From assembly GCA_951406725.2 (NCBI GenBank), contig OX597818.1, forward strand, positions 63,178,001 through 63,242,000: DNA of 64,000 nt, written 5' to 3'. The DNA is from Octopus vulgaris. Its lineage: Eukaryota. A program made the translations under genes and the position numbers. A model generated the notes under the pieces. The model ran no database searches. It saw nothing but the letters and a program-made list of their open reading frames with translations, and was not told where the DNA came from. Positions within the stretch are counted from its first letter, which is position 1; every line of letters starts with the position of its first letter. Shown here one piece after another: positions 55,596 to 64,000 of this stretch.

Positions 55596-56466
55596 GATGA
55601 TGCGCAGACACGCGCTGAGACTGCGACATCTCTGGCTCTATGTAGACGACGGTGAACAGGTGTGGTCGCCGTTTGTGAGGCACGCTTTCCCGCAGCTCGT
55701 CTCCATGACCGAACTGCAGTCGTGGATCAAAAAGAGGCCGAGGAAGGGCGAATGGCACCGCGAGTGTCGCGTTGCTCTCAAGCAACTCTGCCGTCCTGGG
55801 TCGACCTTAAGTGACTTCAACACAACCAAAGCATTCTATAGGGGTTTAGTGGAGGGGAGGTACGACGACGAGCTCGGGGCGAACCTGGACGTCGACGAGG
55901 AGTACCTGACCCGCCTGTTCAGGACGACTTTCGGGCCAGGGCCCATGGACAACTTCCAGAGATCCCTGGCCTGGCAGTGCTACCGAGAAGCGCTACCCGT
56001 TCGGGATAAGCTCTACAGACACGGCTCGAGAAACACGGGGCCGACCTGCCCGAGATGCGGTCAGAGCGACGAAACCGTTCTGCACGCACTCGTTCAGTGT
56101 CCAACAATTTCCGACCTGTGGGCTTATGTCGAACAACTGCTGTCACGTGTGGGACGAGTCGGTTTATCAGCTGAGTCTATCGTCAATATTGTCACGCCTC
56201 CTTCCTTCAAACGGGAAGGAAGAGCTATTTTCATCATCCTTGTGGCTATGGCGAAGGAATGTATCTGGTGGACGCGTCTGAAAGGATTGGAGACAAACAC
56301 TTTCCTCTCTGGTCAATCTCTCATCAACTTCTTCAAGTACCACTTTAAAAGGAAAGTGAGAGTAGAGAGGCAAGTTTTGTCTAGCGAATGTTTTAAAAAA
56401 AGATGGGTGAATGTAGCAAGAATGGCACGTATGAATGACGAAGCCACCTTGAGCATAGTCCTATGA
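55596..56466 (+). pseudogene. LINE ORF2 C-terminal fragment (RT-associated zinc finger), no RT core or endonuclease
   Basis: ORF track 55459..56466. The first ~46 aa derive from flank and microsatellite; the rest is a CCHC-type zinc-finger region. Confidence 0.8.
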
Positions 56467-56868
56467 ACCCAGAAATCGAAAACAGAGAGTTGCTTATTTG
56501 CAAAAAAAAAAAAAAAAAAAAAAGAAATATAAAATGTGACTTCATTGACCGAGGTTACCGTGGTCTTTTCCGTAGGCTTTTCTTTCACGGGTAAACCTCA
56601 CCTGTCCTCCCCTTTACACTTCATATTGACATTTCTGTGATAACGATCCCTATTGATCAATTTAAAAAAATTTTTTTTTTTTTTTTCCTCTCCCCTTTTT
56701 TTTTAACCCCCCTTTTTTTTGTCCTCTTTCTCTCCTTTTACGATCCCTGTTGATCGAAACTCACCCTTCCTTTTTTTTTTTTTTTTTTTTTTTAAACCTT
56801 CAAAAGAAAAGCTCTACCTTGTAATTTGTTCTATCTGTGTGCAGCCCTGTGTGGCTAATAAAGAAACA
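55596..56868 (+). mobile_element. Tx1/L1-group non-LTR retrotransposon, 5'-truncated copy C (longest, ORF intact), inserted in (TATC)n
   Basis: Uninterrupted ~290-codon ORF2 C-terminus to stop at 56466, with zf-RVT-type motif WQCYREALPVRDKL...CPRCGQSDETVLHALVQC. T-rich 3'UTR ends gccctgtgtggctaataaagaaaca. (TATC)n on both flanks. Confidence 0.9.
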
Positions 56869-56917
56869 TATCTATCTATCTATTTATCTATCTACCTATA
56901 TTTATATCTACTTATGC

Positions 56918-56950
<33 letters not shown>

Positions 56951-56964
56951 ACACACACACACTA

Positions 56965-57046
<82 letters not shown>

Positions 57047-57559
57047 GTGTATAACACATTTAGTAATTGCGTGTTAATTCCCTCGCTAAAAGCAAAATAC
57101 AGATTTCCAGCTCTATTGCCATGAAATGGAATTATCCTTGATTCCCACTGGTTGAATATTGATCATAAAATTTTACTGAGGTGTATGGACGCTCACACAT
57201 GTAAACCTTCAAGGGATACGTAACATTTAAGTATATCTGGCAATCTTTCATTTAATAGCAATTCGCGTAATCTATAAGGTTAGAGTTGTGTAACATGCAA
57301 AAGTACATTACTGAATTAATTGGTATAATTAGTATTAAATATTGTAATTCTATAGTCACTTCATTATATGTGATAGAGTGTGTGCCTATATCTGAATGGC
57401 AGTTTATGTATAACTATATGAAATATAATCTGGTGTTACTAATATTAATGAAATAAAATTGTACGTTGGAATCCTTCATTTAAGTTGCCGTTGGAGCCAG
57501 GGCTGGTGTGGAATTCGTCATACAGAATCATCCCATCATGTGATGCTGCCAGACGCAGG

Positions 57560-57720
57560 TCATCGTTAATGCGAAAAGATCTTAAAATTCTTTGGCCCCG
57601 AAGTGATGTATGTCAAACTTAACCTAAAAGAGATTGGAAATCAGAACGTAAAGAAGGAGAACGAGCCTCACACCTTGAGGTTTTGTTCGGCATTATAAGG
57701 ATTCAGTCGAGGCTCTACCC
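57560..57720 (-). mobile_element. Very degenerate copy of the same SINE family
   Basis: ggccccgaagtgatg..aaatcagaacgtaaag matches the reverse strand of the core. Confidence 0.4.
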
Positions 57721-60700
57721 TTGACTTTTGTAAATATATAAAAGGCTATAATATATGCATAAATAACAGAATAAACATACTGTAAGCAGTCGGATCTTTA
57801 GAATTACAGATATTGCGAGAAGGTGAAAACTGAAGAGACAGTTAAATGATTTTTCTCTGTTAGTTCTGCCTTTCATTATCAATAAACATCTTAACGTTGA
57901 ACTATACAAACCATTGTGTCTGTTTTGGATCACTGCCAGAACTTATGAGTCACGATACTGAATTAAACCGCATTAACACCCATCATAGCTTCATATACAT
58001 TTAATAAGCGGTTATTCATAATTATACTGTAAACAGCCTTTTCTACTATCGATATCTACAGAGATACAATCTCTTCGCGTTCTTTCATTCTGAAAGAATG
58101 GCTGTTCAATACTTTAGCAATACCATAAAAAAACACATCCATTTCTTTTAATAATATTGGAATGAAATAAACTTCCAGCACGATATATAGTGTTAAACTT
58201 CCATCGATTCAGTAGATCCCATTCTCTCGTGGGTATGTAATTTAAGAACATTACAGCTATGTCTGGAAAAATGTGACATATACAGAAATAAGAAAACGGA
58301 TTTCATGCAAGCTTTCTTTAAATGTGTTTACTCTGCCCTTAAACATATTGTGCATCGCAGTAATACGTTCCCAAATGAGGTCTACACATATTCTTTATTA
58401 GAAACATATTTTTAGATGCAGATCTTTTAGTAAGTACATATAGCAAAGTCTTATGTAAAAACGAAATGTAGGTTTTCTCAGTTATTTTGATATGAAGAAA
58501 ACTATAAAGAACTTAAGTCATATTTATGTGTTTTTAAACTATTCAGAGAAAATGTCAAGTACATATTCTTAGTCTATTGATACACGAACAATGTTTTAAA
58601 TAATGATATGAATATATATTTCTACTTCGCTTTTACTTGATGATTTTGTACATTTTTCAGTCATTTAATGAGTGTAAGTATATTAATAACGAGTCGCATA
58701 GTTACAATGGTGAGATATAATCTATAATACATAGCTTTATACGAGAATAAATTATATCTTGCCGTATAAATCTTGTGACAAGTAATTCAAGGAATAATTA
58801 TTCTAGCTGCTTAGAAAACCGGAGATTAAAATATTTATCTTCACATTCAACTATAATCAAACTTATTACAAGAGAAAATTTTCAAGAAACTATAAACGAA
58901 AAATAACCTTTCACACGATCTATTCAGATATTTTCAGCAAAATTTCCGGATGATAGAATGTGATGTGATTTCTTAATTATATTGGCCGTGTGGAGACTTT
59001 GTACACTATGAGACCGTTATGGGAACATATCTCAAATTAGTTATGGTATATCTCATAATGCAGTCACTGATTTTTCAGTGAACATTACTTTACGAAGAGA
59101 ACGGCAGAAATTACTCGATATTAATATAAAACATCAGTTTAAGAATCTGCGATAAATAGGCATCTTTATACATAAAGAGTTAACTTAAATAACAAAATGA
59201 TAAAATTACACTCTTATCTGATATAAACATTTATTTAGTCCATTAGCAGAAATTCAGATATTGAAAGTTTTCATAAAGTTATAAATTGGAATGCGATGAA
59301 TAGCTTGGAATTAAATCAAGAAAATATTTCGTGACAAAACTGCATAGAATGTCACGGGGAAGCACGTGAGAATGTAGCATAATGAAGGTAATTAAACTTA
59401 TAGGGCAGTGTGTTGATGCATTTTGCAAAGACAGAATTTCTGCTGATTCACTAAATATTTATGTGAAGCGAAAAATTATTAGTAATTTTAATCAGATATT
59501 CTATCAAATTGGGCTTAATTAGAACCATGTAAACCGTGTGAAGTAAAGAACCTGCTGATATATCCATCACTTAGCACATGTAAATGGGGATATGCGTGTG
59601 ACTATATTATATATTGGGTATTCAAATATTAAAAAAAAGTGCTTACAAACACGCAAACACACACATGCACGCAAGAACGCACACACATACACACTGACAC
59701 ACACACATGCAGAAATATTTATAATTTAGAGGGTGTTGATTTTTTTTGTTCTTCAAACCTTGTCGCCATTTCTCAATGAAGAAATGCCCTATTTGGCACA
59801 AAGCCAATATGCTTCCCTTATTGATATATCAACCGCACAAAAACAGGTTCATGGACACAGAATATTATGAAGTAGCAGTGATAAAAAAAAAAAAACGAAA
59901 GGAAAATATGTGAGTTCAGAAGGACCGCTGGAGTCAAAAGACATATTATATTATTATTATTATTTTTTTTTTTTGGGGGGGGGGTTGTTAAACAGAATGT
60001 GTTTAATTCTCTTTCTAGACTTCCTTATATTCTGCTCTCACATCTTGTCTGGCTATTTCTCTTTATTTTCGAATATTTGGCTCTCATTTGTCGTTTCCTC
60101 TTATCGTCCTATTTACATTTAGCGTATCACTGATCGTCTATCTGTCTCTGATTCACCTTCCATCTCTCTCTCTTTCTCTTTTTTGAGCACACACGCATAC
60201 ACAAAGATACTCTCAATTATAAAAAAAAAACATTCCTCTCACTTCGCTCTGTCTTTCCTATTTACTCCACATTCTCTCTTACGCAATTCATCTTTCTTAT
60301 CCTTCCTTTCTCTCGTACTTTTAACACCGAGTGCATCTCGTGCTAAATTGCGCAAGGCCGGTGATTCTTTTCCTGTTTTCTTGATAAATTGCACAGGCTT
60401 CCGTATTTTAACTAAAATCATCACACTTTCCTCGTAGTCAATTTGTTATATATGCTCCCAAGGCGCATGAAAATGTGCTTATATTTAAAGTACAAACCTG
60501 AGAAGAAAAGAACTATTGCATGCCGCAAACCAAATTCACGAAAAACGCAAAAGTGTTTCTCTCATATATTACATTTTAATTCACAACTATAACAAATAAG
60601 GAAACATAAAAATGTAAAACATGTAACAACCCGAAAATGAAAACTCGCAATAAACCTAAATAGAAAAGATTTTGACGCGACGTAGAGTCTTAAAGAAAAC

Positions 60701-62904
60701 TAAAGAGAATTATGGCGTCTATGTAAAAAGATGAATACTCACATACATACGTATACATACAAGCATTCGCACATGCGCAAATATACTTTATTTTTTACCT
60801 CTCTTCACTCATTCGAATGTGTCCATGATGGAGCACCGTCTTGAGCTTAAAATAAAAATAGACTCAGGTACATGCTTTTGTCGAACCGCTAGGATACGTG
60901 GACGTAAACACAGTAGTACCGGTTGCCAAGCAGTGGTGTGAGTTGACAAGATGCTTTAGTGATTCAGCTTGGGTATATAATTGGAATCATATTGTACAAG
61001 AGGAGCCCTCGGCCAAATACAGCTCTCATTTCGACTGCGTGTTGCGAAGGAAAGGTCGTTGCTATCGTAAATGTTACGAAATCCCTTTAATTTTTAATCG
61101 GACAAACTTCCCAACGTATTATTAGGTTTAAAGAAATAAATATAACTTTAAACATAAAAAAAATATAAAATTGTTGAGAGAAATGATAAATATTATTACA
61201 GACCTTATAATTTTCGAGAAAATGACGGGTAGTTTGTTTGCTGAAGAGGGCAGATATCAGATGCATGTAACGACTGCTGGAACACATATTACGAATTGCA
61301 TAACAACTTATATTATAAGGAACGTAAAAAGTCTAAATATAAATCGAAATTGGTACAGGATATCTAGAAACAGAATAGTTTTTCATTGCACAAATATAAG
61401 TGAAGATAAATGTATAGAGTGATTAAAAGTTTCCCGGAAAATGAACAACATATATAGCATTGTTTCACGGAAAAGGATACAGAAATTGTGCTCCAGGTTT
61501 CCGCCTGTAGTCGAACAAGGATCACTAAATAATAACACTGATGTAGAGTAGATGAATAATGTTATTTGGAAACAGCACACAACCTTACTTAATTGAATAA
61601 GTAGAGAAAATAGGTGAGAGATCAAACACGCATGATGAATCTGTAATGGTAAATACTGAGAATATGAGATTGTTACTGTAAACACTGAAATAGAAGGGAA
61701 AGTGATCCTAAGCTATTGCAAATAGTAATTCAGGGAGCGTTTACTCATGAATATTTATATAGAAATATATTTAGAAAGGAACACCGATTGTGAATAAGAT
61801 CTTTAAAAAAAAAACCGTATCTACTAAAACAACACGGACACTGGAATATAAATGTTTGAAGTGCGTGACTTGCAAAAGAAAAATAAATGCTGAGAATCAC
61901 TGACGAAGGGAAAATCAAAAAGGAAAGAAAATGGGAAAAAAACAAAAAAAAAAATAATAAAAACATTAGAGATGAAAGGTCAAACAGTCACATTAAAGTA
62001 TTATAGAGACATTTGCACAGTTAGTTGCACGCATCATAGTAAATGGAAACCTGCAGCATAACATGCACCGAGAAAATAGAGATGAAATATTTCAACGGAA
62101 AATTGTTTCGCTACTTTATGAAATTATAACGACGCAGCTGGTGTTCTACGTGAAAAAACACATTTTGGCAGAATTACAATGAAGCGGTACACTTTGTGCT
62201 TACAGACCAGAAGCAATTCTTGAATACTTTACGAGACGACACTCAAAAATCCATGCAAATGCTAGTAAAGAAACTAATCATTCAATCTGGATGCAAAGGA
62301 AGTCGCTCTTGAAAACTCTTTGCTATTACTGAATGAAATATTATATCGTACCATATAATATGGAATTACAAACATGCATGGTAATAACTCTAAAGAAACT
62401 TGAGAGACTTTCCTACAAGGTATATTTCAGCTACCGTTATACATTTGTACTAGTAAAAATACTTAAGATTTTTGCCTAAACAAATATATATATTCAGTAC
62501 ACAAATATTTAAATCGAAAATTAAATACCTAAGTAGACGACATATGTTCCGAGCACATCTATAATAAATGATACAAGCAAAGAACCAAAGATGTGATGAT
62601 ACAAGCGTCTGTATCTTTTAGAAATTGCATTCGGAAGTATTTGCAGTTAAAACAGAACCACCCCCAGGTAAATACTAATTTAAGCAGATCGACAGCAACA
62701 TAACTATATTAAACAATATTGCAATCCAACTACGGTTTCAATGTCGGTTATGTTTCCACGCATCCAGAAACATATGCTCTTGTTTTGTTATTATATTATT
62801 GCCGTATGTGTCATTATTGTTTGTCTTCCGCGTAATGGAACATCCAGATTTATAACAAACACAAGTGCCAATATGTCCATTGGTGTTTGTAAGGCAACAA
62901 GTTG

Positions 62905-63100
62905 TCAGAATAGGTAGCTCGCCCGCGCAAAATGCATCCAAGCATTTCTTCTGTCTTAACGTTCTGGTTTCAAATGTCACCGAAGTCGACCTTACATTTT
63001 GTCGTTTTGCGCTCGACAAAATAAGAACGAGTTGCACGTTGGGATCGATATAACCAACTTACTCCTTCCCTGGAATGCTGTCTTCGCGCCATACATTTGA
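62905..63100 (+). mobile_element. Degenerate copy of the Nin/Deu-like core SINE
   Basis: ttaacgttctggtttcaaatgtcaccgaagtcgacctt matches the family head and core. Confidence 0.5.
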
Positions 63101-63514
63101 ATTTTGTATGTTCATTCTTTTCATAAAACGAAAGGTGAAATTTGAGAGAAATATGGCTCACAACAAATACGCACAAAAGAAATGGCAATAAAATTTACGG
63201 TAACAATGAAGAATGAGAATGTTTAAAGTGGCAAATATCATGTCTGTCCATATATATTTTCGCAAGGCGAAACAAATTCTATTGTTGGGCATTTATTCAT
63301 GATAATGGCGTCAGTTATGGAAATCAACGGTTTCAGTGGGTTAATGAATTTTATACTATGCATTGTGCTGAATTGCACATTTTGTGTCAACACAGAAATA
63401 CACTTAGCACAACGTGTAGGTTTCGTCTCAATATAGGCTTCCTATAGTTTACGTTTCTGTCTCTGTTTATCTCTCTGTGTGTATTGCTGCCTGCCTCTCT
63501 CTCTTCTTCTCGAT

Positions 63515-63516
<2 letters not shown>

Positions 63517-63558
<42 letters not shown>

Positions 63559-63583
63559 ATATATATATATATCAACATATCTG

Positions 63584-63671
<88 letters not shown>

Positions 63672-63680
63672 ACTATCTAC
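63517..63680. repeat. (TATC)n array without insertion
   Basis: Direct inspection. Confidence 0.95.
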
Positions 63681-64000
63681 ATAGATGCATCCCTGTCTGC
63701 CAGTCTGTCCATATGTCTGCCTGTCTCTCTCTCTTTCTCTTTCTCTTTCTCTTTATCTACCCATTTATCTACCTAATACCTACCGACCTGTGTGTATATC
63801 TGCCAGTGTATCCGCGTGTTTATCTATCTATCTATCTATTATGTGAACCTACGAATTCAGACACATTTACACACAGCTTTATTCTGCTAATCTCGGGTAG
63901 AATGCCTGATCAAACTAATAGACGGATGTAAATGATTACCACCTTCAATTTTGCAAAGTAAATAGCTACATCCTAAAGAAATTTCCACGCATGCATAATA

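Overview
AT-rich eukaryotic genomic DNA, intergenic or intronic, with no host protein-coding exon, rRNA/tRNA gene or CRISPR array that I can support. The microsatellite density and SINE repertoire resemble an octopus/coleoid cephalopod genome (inference). The window is a mosaic of microsatellites and transposon debris: tRNA-derived SINEs; Tx1/L1-group, R4/Dong, RTE, CR1/L2 and Penelope retroelements; and Chapaev3, mariner/Tc1, hAT, piggyBac and Helitron DNA elements. The main signal is three independently 5'-truncated copies of one Tx1-like LINE, each inserted in the same orientation inside a (TATC)n array. A SINE in the window carries the same ~50-nt 3' tail as this LINE. R4/Dong copies cluster at (TAA)n arrays, and short Penelope-like inserts with inverted structure or hammerhead-like motifs sit in (TA)n arrays. 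Most ORFs in the supplied track are artefacts of simple repeats. Family names come from motif recognition by eye, not database searches.
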